From assembly GCA_044222475.1 (NCBI GenBank), contig JBGANF010000051.1, forward strand, positions 1-49,285: a DNA stretch of 49,285 nt, given 5' to 3'. Source of the DNA: Polyangiaceae bacterium (GTDB lineage Bacteria; Myxococcota_A; Polyangia; Polyangiales; Polyangiaceae). This document shows, in pieces, positions 37,764-47,602 of the stretch. A program made the position numbers and the translations under genes. The notes under the pieces were generated by a model that was not told where the DNA came from, searched no databases, and saw nothing but the letters and a program-made list of their open reading frames with translations. The number at the start of each line of letters is the position of its first letter. Positions within the stretch are counted from its first letter, which is position 1.

Positions 37764-38810
37764 ATGCTCGCCGCGTTGAATCGCGACGCCGCTTCGCTCG
37801 CACGGTCTCCTTGGCTACGCGCCGCGCTCGGAGCGTTCGGCATCGGCGTCATGGTCTTCGCGTTTCGCGGCACCAGCTTCGACCGCGCCTTCGCTCGCAT
37901 CGACGCGAGCGCCGCGCTGCTCGCGGTCCCCGCGCTCCAGGGCGTCGGGTTCTGTCTCGAGGCGCTCGGTTGGCGCGCGATCCTCGCGACCCTCGGCGAG
38001 CGGGCGAGCTTCCGCGCGCTATGGCGAGTGCGCGTCATCAGCGAGGCGCTCTCGCAGTCGCTGCCCCTCGGCGTCCTCCTCTCCGAGGGCTCCAAGCCGT
38101 TGCTGCTCCGGTCCCACACTGGGATCTCGATCCCGACCGGCACGGCGAGCGTCGCCGCGCGGAAGTACTCGCTCGTCGCGACCCAGGCCCTTCTCCTGGC
38201 CTTGGTCGCCGTCGTCGGCGGGGGGCGCCTGGCGCCGATCATCTTCGGCGGGGCGCTCGTCCTCGGGATCAGCGCCGCGCTCTCGGGCCGCGCCCTCTGT
38301 CGCGGCGCGGTGGCCGACAAGGCGCGGCGCCTGCTCGCTCGGCTGCCCTTCTGCGGTGGCATCGCGCGACGGCACCAGGCCGCGTTCACCGACGCCGACG
38401 TCGCCGCGGAGCGCTACTTCGGCAGGCCGATCGGGGAGCGTGCGTCGCGGGCGCTCCCGTTTCTCATGGCGTGGTGCGTCGAAGCCCTCGAGACGTGGTT
38501 CCTGCTCCGACTCGTCGGGGTCGAGGTCGGGCTCGGAGTCGCGTTCTGCATCGAGGTCCCCCTCGGCCTGCTCCGAAGCGTCGCGTTCTTCACCCCGGCC
38601 GGCCTGGGGATCCAGGACTTCGGGTACGCCGCCGCCCTCGCGTCGTTCGGCGTGCCCGACGCGGGTGCGGCGGCGCTGGCGTTCGTCGTCCTCAAGCGGA
38701 CGAAGGAGATGGTCTGGGTCGCGGTGGGATATGCCCTCCTCATGATCGGCGGATCAGGGGTCGATTGCATGATGCAAGTTCGCAAAGGCGTTGCACTGCG
38801 GTTGCCGTGA
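37764..38810 (+). CDS. Lysylphosphatidylglycerol-synthase TM/flippase-like (UPF0104) membrane protein
   Basis: GWRAIL, LP-G-LSEG, FFTPAGLG-QD, multiple TM helices. Confidence 0.8.
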   Translation: MLAALNRDAASLARSPWLRAALGAFGIGVMVFAFRGTSFDRAFARIDASAALLAVPALQGVGFCLEALGWRAILATLGERASFRALWRVRVISEALSQSLPLGVLLSEGSKPLLLRSHTGISIPTGTASVAARKYSLVATQALLLALVAVVGGGRLAPIIFGGALVLGISAALSGRALCRGAVADKARRLLARLPFCGGIARRHQAAFTDADVAAERYFGRPIGERASRALPFLMAWCVEALETWFLLRLVGVEVGLGVAFCIEVPLGLLRSVAFFTPAGLGIQDFGYAAALASFGVPDAGAAALAFVVLKRTKEMVWVAVGYALLMIGGSGVDCMMQVRKGVALRLP

Positions 38811-39637
38811 CGAAGAATGAGACTTGCATAGTTCCTGTCGTGCGACTCGCTCACCTCTCCGATCTTCACGTACTCGATCCTCGAAGCGACCAAGGCCTCG
38901 GTGTCCGCTTCGTCAGCATCGGTCGGCCGATCGACGTGAGCGAACGAAAGAAGAAGGTGCTCCGCGCCTTCGAGCGCGCGAAGGCCGCGTGTGCGACCCA
39001 CTTCGTCGTCAGCGGTGACCTCACCGAGACGGGCACCGAAGCGCAGTACGAGGTCTTCGCCGAGATCCTCCACGACGCAAAGGTCGCCCCGAACGCCATC
39101 ACGCTGGTACCCGGCAACCACGACCTCTACACCCGCGCGGACGCGTGGCGCTCGGCGCTCGATGGCCCGCTCGCGCCCTACCGCTACGGCGCCGCCGAGG
39201 GTCCGGGCAAGGTCGTCGACCTCGGCTCCGTCCGCATCGCCCCGATCGACGTGACCGTGCACCAGCAGGTCACTCGATCGATCGGCACCTTCACCACCGA
39301 GATCGCAGAGGCGCTCGGACGACGGCTCGTGGACTCCGGGCTCGCGAAGGCGCCGCTGCTCGCGGTCCAGCATCATCCTCCGTACGCCCACGCGAACCCG
39401 ATCCATCAGTGGATCGACGGCCTCCGCGACTGGGGTCGGATGTTCCAGCTGCTTCTCGGCCACGCTCACGCGTTCGTCATGCACGGTCACTTGCACCGCA
39501 CCCGCGACCGCGCCGTTCGCTCGGCGAACGACGTCCGAATCTTCGGTGCGCCGGCCATCGTCGACGACGACGGCGCGCCGCGCGTTCGCCTCTATGACGT
39601 GCGCGGTGGGGTGATCGAAGCGGCCGGCCTCGCGTGA
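38807..39637 (+). CDS. Calcineurin-like metallophosphoesterase
   Basis: HLSDLH, SGDLT, PGNHD, HHPP, HGHLH. Confidence 0.92.
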   Translation: MTKNETCIVPVVRLAHLSDLHVLDPRSDQGLGVRFVSIGRPIDVSERKKKVLRAFERAKAACATHFVVSGDLTETGTEAQYEVFAEILHDAKVAPNAITLVPGNHDLYTRADAWRSALDGPLAPYRYGAAEGPGKVVDLGSVRIAPIDVTVHQQVTRSIGTFTTEIAEALGRRLVDSGLAKAPLLAVQHHPPYAHANPIHQWIDGLRDWGRMFQLLLGHAHAFVMHGHLHRTRDRAVRSANDVRIFGAPAIVDDDGAPRVRLYDVRGGVIEAAGLA

Positions 39638-39653
39638 TGGTACGCTCGACGAG

Positions 39654-40455
39654 ATGCGAGCCTGGCCGTGGCTCACGGTGAGCCTGATGATCGGGAGCGG
39701 AGCTCCCCGAGCTGAAGGATCTCGGCGGCAGCGCCGCGAGTGACGCCGGCACCGCGCCCGACGGTCCGCTCCTCGACTCGGGCGTCGACGCCACGACCGA
39801 CGCCACGATCGACGGCGCGGCTCCGTGCCCGAGCGGATGGTTCTGCGACGACTTCGATCAGGGACCACTCGGCGCGACGTGGTCCGCGGTGGCCACGCTC
39901 GACGGAACGTTGACGCTCGAGACGGGTGGGCTGAGCACACCGAACTTCGTTCGCATGGACCTCCTCGCGCCGAAGGGCGCCAGCCGCCACGCGTACCTCG
40001 CGAAGACGTTCACTCTCACGCCCACTCGCGCGGTTTGCTCGTTCGCCGTGCGCGTCCCGTCGCGCCCCGCGACCGGGGACTTTCAGCTCCTCGAGATCCG
40101 CGACTCCGCCACGCACCTCGTCTACGTGAAGGTGTACGTGAACGGCACGGAGCTCGGCGAAGAGGCCACCGGGGCCGACGGCGGCAACGCCGATCGCTTC
40201 ATCCACCTGACCACTGCGAACGGTGGCATCCCCGACGCGACCTGGACGACGACGACCCTCGACGTCGACTACGGAGCGAAGACCGTGAACCTGTCGGTGA
40301 CGCCGCTCGGCGGCAAGACCGCGACGACGTCACTCGGCAACCTCCTCGTCGCGCCGAACGCCAAGTCGGTGGTGGTCTCCCTGGGCGACACCGGCGACAG
40401 CGACAATCCGCTGTTCACGGCCCACCTCGACGACCTCCGCTGCCACGTGTTCTGA
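39654..40455 (+). pseudogene. Secreted beta-sandwich protein, frameshifted just after its signal peptide
   Basis: TACGCT-N7-ATG gives MRAWPWLTVSLMIG in one frame; the body (DAG linker, CPSGWFCDDFD...HLDDLRC) is in another frame that has stops at 39679-39690. Confidence 0.6.
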
Positions 40456-40474
40456 CGCGCGCGCCTGACGTCGA

Positions 40475-41599
40475 TCAGGGCTCGGCGGGACGTTGCGCGA
40501 GGAGCTCGATCATCGGCTCCGCTTCGTCGACCGAAGGCACCGCCCCGAGGAGCCGACGAATCGTGGGCGCGACGTTGGAGAGACGACGCTCCGGCGCGTC
40601 GACCGCGCCACGCGCTTCGATGCCCGCGCCCTTCGCGACGAGCCACACGCGCTTCGACTCCGGCCAGCCCCAACCGTGCTCGCGGAAGCTGTCCGCACGG
40701 CCGTGGTCGGTCGTGACGAGGATCGCCGTCGAGCTCGCGAGGCCTTCGTCGCGCAGCGTCTCGTCGAGTCGCTCGAGGAAGGCGTCCGCTGCGCGCATCG
40801 CGCCGACGTAGCCCTCGCGCTCGCCCCGGTGCGCGTACTCGTCGGTTTCGCCCAGGCCGATGAAAAGGAACTGCGGCTCGCGGCGGCGGAGCACGTCGAG
40901 CGCGATGTCCGCCGTGAGCGCGTCGGGCCGGTAGTCCCAAACGCCCGGATATGGATCGGCCTTCTGTGCGCTCTCGATCGCCTGCTGCGCCTCTGGATCG
41001 AACGTCCCAACTTGGTAATGGCGACCGGAGCTGATCGACGCGGTCCGCGTTCGCACCACCGGACCGATCGCCTCCCACGAGCTGACGATGGCGCTCTTTC
41101 CGGGCAAGTCGTCGACGAAGGTGTCGAGGTGCGGGAGTGCGCACTCGTTCGCCTGGCAGGGCGACATCCGTCCAGTGAAGAGCTCCACGTACCCCGGGAG
41201 CGACACGTAGTTCGGTCCGGTGGCCCGCATCGGCGAGCCGATCCCTGGCGCGCCGATCACGGCTCCATCGACGTTCATCCATCGTTGCAGGGTCGGCATC
41301 GCTTCGGACGCGTCGCTCTCGAGCCCGAACACGTCCTGCCATTTCACGCCGTCGATGACGACGAGGATGACGTGCTCGGCCGGTCGTGCGCTGTCGCGTT
41401 TCGGCGCGACGGCCGTGGCGAACTCACGCGTGGACGGCGCCGGCTCCGGCCTCCCGAGGCGCGCGTGAGCGTGCACCTTCGACTCCGAGAAGCGTGTCGG
41501 GTCCGAGCGGAGGCCACCCGCGCGTGGCTGCGCGGTCACCCCTGCATACAGGAGCGGGAGAGGCAGCACGAACGCCGCGAGCCACAACCAGGGCCGCAT
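40475..41599 (-). CDS. Secreted alkaline-phosphatase-superfamily protein (paralog B)
   Basis: VVIDGVKWQD, VSLPGYVELFTG, TDEYAH, TTDHGR. Confidence 0.87.
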   Translation of the reverse strand: MRPWLWLAAFVLPLPLLYAGVTAQPRAGGLRSDPTRFSESKVHAHARLGRPEPAPSTREFATAVAPKRDSARPAEHVILVVIDGVKWQDVFGLESDASEAMPTLQRWMNVDGAVIGAPGIGSPMRATGPNYVSLPGYVELFTGRMSPCQANECALPHLDTFVDDLPGKSAIVSSWEAIGPVVRTRTASISSGRHYQVGTFDPEAQQAIESAQKADPYPGVWDYRPDALTADIALDVLRRREPQFLFIGLGETDEYAHRGEREGYVGAMRAADAFLERLDETLRDEGLASSTAILVTTDHGRADSFREHGWGWPESKRVWLVAKGAGIEARGAVDAPERRLSNVAPTIRRLLGAVPSVDEAEPMIELLAQRPAEP

Positions 41600-41611
41600 A
41601 CCTCATACAGA

Positions 41612-41627
41612 TGCACTCTTTGCGCCA
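41612..41627 (-). promoter_or_regulatory. Putative sigma54 promoter TGGCGCAAAGAGTGCA
   Basis: GG-N10-GC, about 13 nt upstream of ATG 41599. Confidence 0.5.
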
Positions 41628-41704
41628 AGGTTTCCACTTCCCGGCGCGGATTGCGCAGGCGATGTGGGAGATGTGGGAGGGCTCGTCAGGACGCCGCCTG
41701 CGCG

Positions 41705-43093
41705 TTACCGCGAGCGGCGCTCTTTGGCGCGCTGGACCGCCATCTGCATCATGATGTCGTGCTCGTGCGGCTCGGCCCAGCGGCGGCGCGCCGACTCGCT
41801 CAGCTGGTCGAGCGGGTCGAAATACAGGAAGTATTGCCCCGTCTTCACGGCCGGAGCCGTGAACACGCTGATGCCGGTCTCGCGGTCGTAGTGCTCGAAC
41901 GAGTGCGCGTCGCGCTTGCCGCCACCGCCGGGCGCGTCGACGACGAAGACCGGGGTGTTGAAGCCGGCCGTGGATCCCCGCACGTGCTTCTCGATGTGGA
42001 GCGCGGTGTCCAGCGTGGTCCGGAGATCCTCCACCCCTTGCACGAGGTCGTGCACGTAGACGTAGTACGGGTGCACGTTGACGTGACCGAGCCGCTTCAC
42101 GAGGAGCGTCATCAGCTCGGGCGTGTCGTTCACGCGGCGCTGGAGCACGCTCTGGTTGCGGACGAAGATCCCGCGTTCGTGGAGGCGGTTCATCGCGCGC
42201 TCGGTGATCGCCGTGATCTCCTTCGGGTGATTGAAGTGCGTGTGGAGGACGACCTCCTTGTGGAGCTTGCGCCCCTTCTCGACGATGCGCGTGAGCGCGT
42301 CGAACCAGGCGTCGTCGGTGAGGAGCTTCATCGGCATGACCGCCGGGCCTTTGGTCGCGAAGCGCATGCGGCGCACGTTCGGCATCGCGAGGAGCGCCTC
42401 GCCGATCTCCTCGAGCTGCGTCGCGCGCAGCTGATACGCGTCACCGCCGGAGATGACGATGTCCTCGAGCTCGGGCCGCGACGCGATGTACGCGTAGGCC
42501 TGCTGCCATCGCTCTTCGCTGACCTTGAGGTTCACCTTCTCGACGCCCTCGGTGTCGATGCCGACGGCGTAGCTGCGCGTGCAGAACCGGCAGTAGACCG
42601 GGCAGGTGTCGAGCGGGAGGAACAGCGCCTTGTCGGGGTAGCGGTGGGTGAGACCCGGAACCGGCGCGTCGGCCTGTTCGTGGAGCGAGTCCAGTCCCAA
42701 CTTGGGATGATTGGGGAGCAGGCTCGAGTTGACCGGGATGAACTGGATGCGCAGCGGATCCGCGTACGGGTTCTGCCAGTCGATGAGCGACAAGAGGTAC
42801 GGGCTGACGCGAACGCTCATGGGCGCGCGCTTGAACCCCTCCTCCGCGTCGGCGATGAACGCCGGCGACACGAGACCTTCCAGCGCCTTCAGCAGCTTGG
42901 CGACGTTGGTGATGGTGTTCTTGGCCTGCCAGTTGTGGTCGAGGAACTGCTCTTCACTGACCTCGCGATAGGCCGGGATCGACTGCCAGAACGGCCCGTC
43001 GAGGAGCTGTTTGTAGGCCAAGGTCGACGGATCGACCGGGGCCTTCTTGGGCACGATCGGCGCGTTCGGGAGGACGTTGAGAGCGGTGGCCAT
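41705..43093 (-). CDS. kamA: KamA-family radical SAM 2,3-aminomutase
   Basis: HRYPDK, CPVYCRFC, SGGD, HFNHP, NQSVL, PLP lysine in DAPGGGGK. Confidence 0.9.
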   Translation of the reverse strand: MATALNVLPNAPIVPKKAPVDPSTLAYKQLLDGPFWQSIPAYREVSEEQFLDHNWQAKNTITNVAKLLKALEGLVSPAFIADAEEGFKRAPMSVRVSPYLLSLIDWQNPYADPLRIQFIPVNSSLLPNHPKLGLDSLHEQADAPVPGLTHRYPDKALFLPLDTCPVYCRFCTRSYAVGIDTEGVEKVNLKVSEERWQQAYAYIASRPELEDIVISGGDAYQLRATQLEEIGEALLAMPNVRRMRFATKGPAVMPMKLLTDDAWFDALTRIVEKGRKLHKEVVLHTHFNHPKEITAITERAMNRLHERGIFVRNQSVLQRRVNDTPELMTLLVKRLGHVNVHPYYVYVHDLVQGVEDLRTTLDTALHIEKHVRGSTAGFNTPVFVVDAPGGGGKRDAHSFEHYDRETGISVFTAPAVKTGQYFLYFDPLDQLSESARRRWAEPHEHDIMMQMAVQRAKERRSR

Positions 43094-43110
43094 GCCTGGC
43101 TTTTCCCACG

Positions 43111-44301
43111 TTATGGGGCGGTTTTCCAGGTCAAACGCGGCCAGTAGTCGTCCGGGTTCTGTGCCCGGAGCTGAGCTCCGTTCGGAGCGGTGGTGCCGAC
43201 GCCGTACGTCACGACGATGCCGCTCGGAAACGAGGGGTTCGCCATCTCTTCGTGGACGACCGGTCCGGCGCAGTAGGCCTTCGGATCACCCTTCGGCAGA
43301 TCGCAGTGGGCAAGGTTCGACGCCGAGGTCCACGTGCCGTCGAACGACGACGCGACGTGGGTCTGGAGATCGGTCCCGAAACCGACCGCGTAGACGTGGA
43401 GGAACCCGTTCGGTCTCGGGGTGACGGAGCCGAGCCACGGCCCCTGCTCGAACTGCCGCACCGCCGTCGACTGCGCGGTGCTCTTCGACCACGCGCCGCC
43501 GCCTTGGTAGAGCTCCATCTGCTCGGCCGCGTCGAAGCGCGCGAGGAGGCACTTCTCGGTGAGGAAGTCGATCGGCGGCGGACACCCCCACACGTAGAGG
43601 AAGTCCGACCGCGCCATCAACGCGTCGCCCAGCGAGAGATCCGGCGCCCACCGCAGCTTTGCAGCGCCGGGCACGAGGAGCTTGTCGCCCTTCGAGTCCC
43701 AGTGGGCGAAGCCGCCGCCGAGCTCGGTCACGCCGAACGGCCCATTCGGATCGAGCTTGAACAATCTGTAGACTACACGCACCTCGCCGGCGAAGCGCAC
43801 GCCTCCGAGGAGCTGGACCTCGAAGTCCGACGGCTTCGCCTCGTCGAGCTCGACGACCTCACCGATGATCGACGGCTTCTGCGGACACGCGCCGACGAGC
43901 GCGTCCTCGGTGACGTCGAACGCGACGTTGCGCAGCGGCGCGCCGCCGGCCTTGGTCGCGTCTTCGCCGATCCAATAGCAGCGACCGTCGTTCGTGGGCA
44001 CGCGGACGAGTGCGCCTTCGAGGCGATCGAGCGTCCCGTCGTGGAACGGACGACAGAGGCCCGTCGGGGAAGGCGCGCGGAGCACGGCGGGAGCGGGGCA
44101 GCTCCACGTCTTCGTGGAGTCGTCGCACTTCGCCGCGATGCGCGCGGGTCCGCACGGGTCCTCACCGACCGTCACGCAGAGCGGAGGCTCGGTCGTGCAG
44201 GCGGTGACGCCACCGTCGCCGCGCTGCGACAGTGGGGTGCGCCCGCCACAGGACGCGAGGACGATCACCAGGAACGGAACGGGAAAAGCGAAGCGACGCA
44301 T
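43111..44301 (-). CDS. Hypothetical lipoprotein (beta-propeller/DUF4185-like C-terminal half)
   Basis: Lipobox LASC; YVWGC, LLARF and YWPR motifs. Confidence 0.6.
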   Translation of the reverse strand: MRRFAFPVPFLVIVLASCGGRTPLSQRGDGGVTACTTEPPLCVTVGEDPCGPARIAAKCDDSTKTWSCPAPAVLRAPSPTGLCRPFHDGTLDRLEGALVRVPTNDGRCYWIGEDATKAGGAPLRNVAFDVTEDALVGACPQKPSIIGEVVELDEAKPSDFEVQLLGGVRFAGEVRVVYRLFKLDPNGPFGVTELGGGFAHWDSKGDKLLVPGAAKLRWAPDLSLGDALMARSDFLYVWGCPPPIDFLTEKCLLARFDAAEQMELYQGGGAWSKSTAQSTAVRQFEQGPWLGSVTPRPNGFLHVYAVGFGTDLQTHVASSFDGTWTSASNLAHCDLPKGDPKAYCAGPVVHEEMANPSFPSGIVVTYGVGTTAPNGAQLRAQNPDDYWPRLTWKTAP

Positions 44302-44319
44302 GGAAGTGGTGAACACGTC

Positions 44320-44334
44320 GCAACGAGCATGCCA
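44320..44334 (-). promoter_or_regulatory. Putative sigma54 promoter TGGCATGCTCGTTGC
   Basis: Near-consensus TGGCA-N6-TTGC. Confidence 0.65.
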
Positions 44335-44348
44335 CAGGTCGAACGCGG

Positions 44349-45386
44349 TCAGCGATAGGTGCGAAGCGCCATCATCAGCTCGTCGCGCACTCGGCGCACG
44401 AGCTCGACGGGCTCGAGGACCTTGGCTCCCCCGCCGAAACCGAGGACGAACCGCACGAACGCCGCCTCGTCGACGATCGGGAGCGAGAGCCGCGCGCGTC
44501 CGTCTTTGGACGACGCGAGCCGTTGTTGCGGGTGAAAGCGTCGCCCGCGGATCTCGTCCGCGTGCTTCGCGTCGAACTCGACGAGGGCTCGCCGCTCGTC
44601 GGGCTTGGCCGACGGGGCGAGGCTCGCGGCGAAGAACGCCTCGGCGTCGAAGTCGGCTGGCAGGACGAACGACTCGGACGTGCACCGCGCCTTGTGCATG
44701 TGCTCGAGCGGGATGATGCGCCGCTTGGATCCGTGGCGGTCGGCGCACAGAACGAGGAGGCGACCGCCGTGCAGGCACAGAGCAAGTGGTTGCACTATGC
44801 ACGTTTCTCCGTCGACGAGCTCGGCATCGAGCAGGCGAAGCTCGGCGGTGGCGCGGAAGACGTCGTCGATCTCGGCGCCCTTCTCCAGGTACGACCGCGT
44901 CGACCCGGGCCAGATCAGCAGCCGATCTTCGAGCCGGCCGTCGATCGGGATGTCGGCGGTCTGCGTCGATCGCACCGGACGCTGGGCCACGACCAGGAGT
45001 TGGCGCAACGCCACGTCGAGCTCGTCGAAGATGGCCGAGCCGCGCAGCGGCTCGAACGCCTTGCGCGCCGCGAGCAAGAGGTACGCCTGCGCGCGACGAA
45101 ACGAAACCGCGCGCCCGCGCTCCTGCGGCTTGATGCGCCACAGGTTCGCACCGCCGGGGCGCGTCGACACGGGCTCGAGCTCGAGGTGACCCTTGAGGTC
45201 CTTCAAGTAGCGACGCACCGAGCGCGGGCTCACGCGCATGACGACCGCGAGATCGTCGAGCGTCACTCCACCGGGCTGCGACTCCAAGAGCTCGCGCATC
45301 CCCTCGATGCGGCGATGCTGGGTGAAGCGACCGGCCGGACGACCGGGGCCGCGAGCTTTCTTCGGGAGGAGCGCTGCGCGCGTCAT
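44349..45386 (-). CDS. wHTH-WYL-WCX transcriptional regulator
   Basis: HTH LAVVMRVSPRSVRRYL, VQPLAL, LPADFD, HPQQ, VLGFG...KVLEP. Confidence 0.85.
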   Translation of the reverse strand: MTRAALLPKKARGPGRPAGRFTQHRRIEGMRELLESQPGGVTLDDLAVVMRVSPRSVRRYLKDLKGHLELEPVSTRPGGANLWRIKPQERGRAVSFRRAQAYLLLAARKAFEPLRGSAIFDELDVALRQLLVVAQRPVRSTQTADIPIDGRLEDRLLIWPGSTRSYLEKGAEIDDVFRATAELRLLDAELVDGETCIVQPLALCLHGGRLLVLCADRHGSKRRIIPLEHMHKARCTSESFVLPADFDAEAFFAASLAPSAKPDERRALVEFDAKHADEIRGRRFHPQQRLASSKDGRARLSLPIVDEAAFVRFVLGFGGGAKVLEPVELVRRVRDELMMALRTYR

Positions 45387-45393
45387 GCGCGCG

Positions 45394-45939
45394 TCACGGC
45401 ACCGGCCGAAGCCGCATCTCTGCCTTGTACTTGTTCTTGTACTGGTCGTGGCACGAACGGCACGACGCCTTCACGCCGCCGAGGTCGGCCCCGCGCGCGG
45501 CCTTCGCGCCGTCCTTCGAGATCGACGCCCAGTTGGGCATACCGGGAGGCGCGAACGTCGCGATCTTGTCGAGCTGGGTCGCGATGTCGGGGAAGTCGGT
45601 CGCGTTCATCGCCGGCTCCATGTTCTTCTTCATCCATCCCTGAAGGGGACAATCCGGGAGGGGCTTCTTGCCGCAGGTCGGCGCTCCGCCGTCGCCGGTC
45701 GGGAGGGGCGCGGACGCCGTGGCCGAGGCCGAGGCCGAGGCCGAAACCGAAGCCGAAGCCGAAGCCGAGGCCGTGACCGAGGCGGTGACCGAGGCCGAGG
45801 CCGAGGGCTTCGTCGACGCGGTCGCCGACGCGCTCGCGGTGGAAGCGCCTCCGCTGCCCTTGTCCTCGCAGGCGGTGCTCCCGCCGAGGACGAAACCCAG
45901 AACCACGACCGACACGAGAGCGAGGGAACCTTTTCGCAT
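45394..45939 (-). CDS. Cytochrome c'-like helical lipoprotein with Ser/Ala linker
   Basis: Signal peptide ending STAC, (SA)n linker, C-terminal CRSCH...YK. Confidence 0.7.
   Translation of the reverse strand: MRKGSLALVSVVVLGFVLGGSTACEDKGSGGASTASASATASTKPSASASVTASVTASASASASVSASASASATASAPLPTGDGGAPTCGKKPLPDCPLQGWMKKNMEPAMNATDFPDIATQLDKIATFAPPGMPNWASISKDGAKAARGADLGGVKASCRSCHDQYKNKYKAEMRLRPVP
45721..45805. repeat. (GCCGAG/GCCGAA)n hexamer repeat encoding the SASA linker
   Basis: Read directly. Confidence 0.85.
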
Positions 45940-45981
45940 TTCGACCCAACCTATAACCGATCGGTCTATACGATCGAAACC

Positions 45982-47289
<1,308 letters not shown>

Positions 47290-47300
47290 GCCGGCGAGCT

Positions 47301-47563
47301 TGGCGCCCCGGACTGAAGTCCGGGGCAGCATCGGGCTCGGTGCGATTCTCGACCAAAGCCCGCCCAGGAGGGCGGGCTCATGATGCCTCGGCACGACGAA
47401 CGGGTGACTGTCAGTCGAGCGACTCGCGTACCAAAATGGACCTTGGCCACATCGGGAGTCCGCCCTCTTGGGCGGACTTTGGGTGAGTCTGCATTGGGTC
47501 CGTTGCTGCCCCGGACTTCAGTCCGGGGCGCCATGCTGCGAATCGGACTTCAGTCCGGGGTGC
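47301..47563. repeat. Composite REP/REPIN-like element of nested palindromic inverted repeats
   Basis: 47301-47330 and 47504-47533 are exact 30-bp reverse complements; an inner pair of related hairpins; a degenerate third outer copy at 47534-47563. Confidence 0.85.
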
Positions 47564-47602
47564 TCCAAATCCGCTGCAAGCTCACCGCGAGGCGCAGCGC
47601 GC

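Noticed and set aside
38779..38795. Sigma54-like motif before the metallophosphoesterase gene
   Set aside because: It has CG instead of the invariant GG at -24.
39679..39690. In-frame TGA codons as selenocysteine or read-through
   Set aside because: Three clustered stops in a non-catalytic N-terminal region; a frameshift explains them better.
40493..43147. 884-aa plus-strand ORF and similar long antisense ORFs throughout the window
   Set aside because: Expected stop-poor shadows of real genes at high GC3; they contain no motifs.
44349..45386. WYL gene as the marker of an anti-phage defence island
   Set aside because: No recognisable nuclease, RM, CBASS, BREX or toxin genes nearby; the flanks are metabolic or envelope genes.
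47301..47563. Palindromic repeats as a mini-CRISPR, or the overlapping ORFs (47380..47829, 46977..47534) as genes
   Set aside because: The repeats are inverted and nested rather than direct with regular spacers, and the ORFs have no protein-like features.
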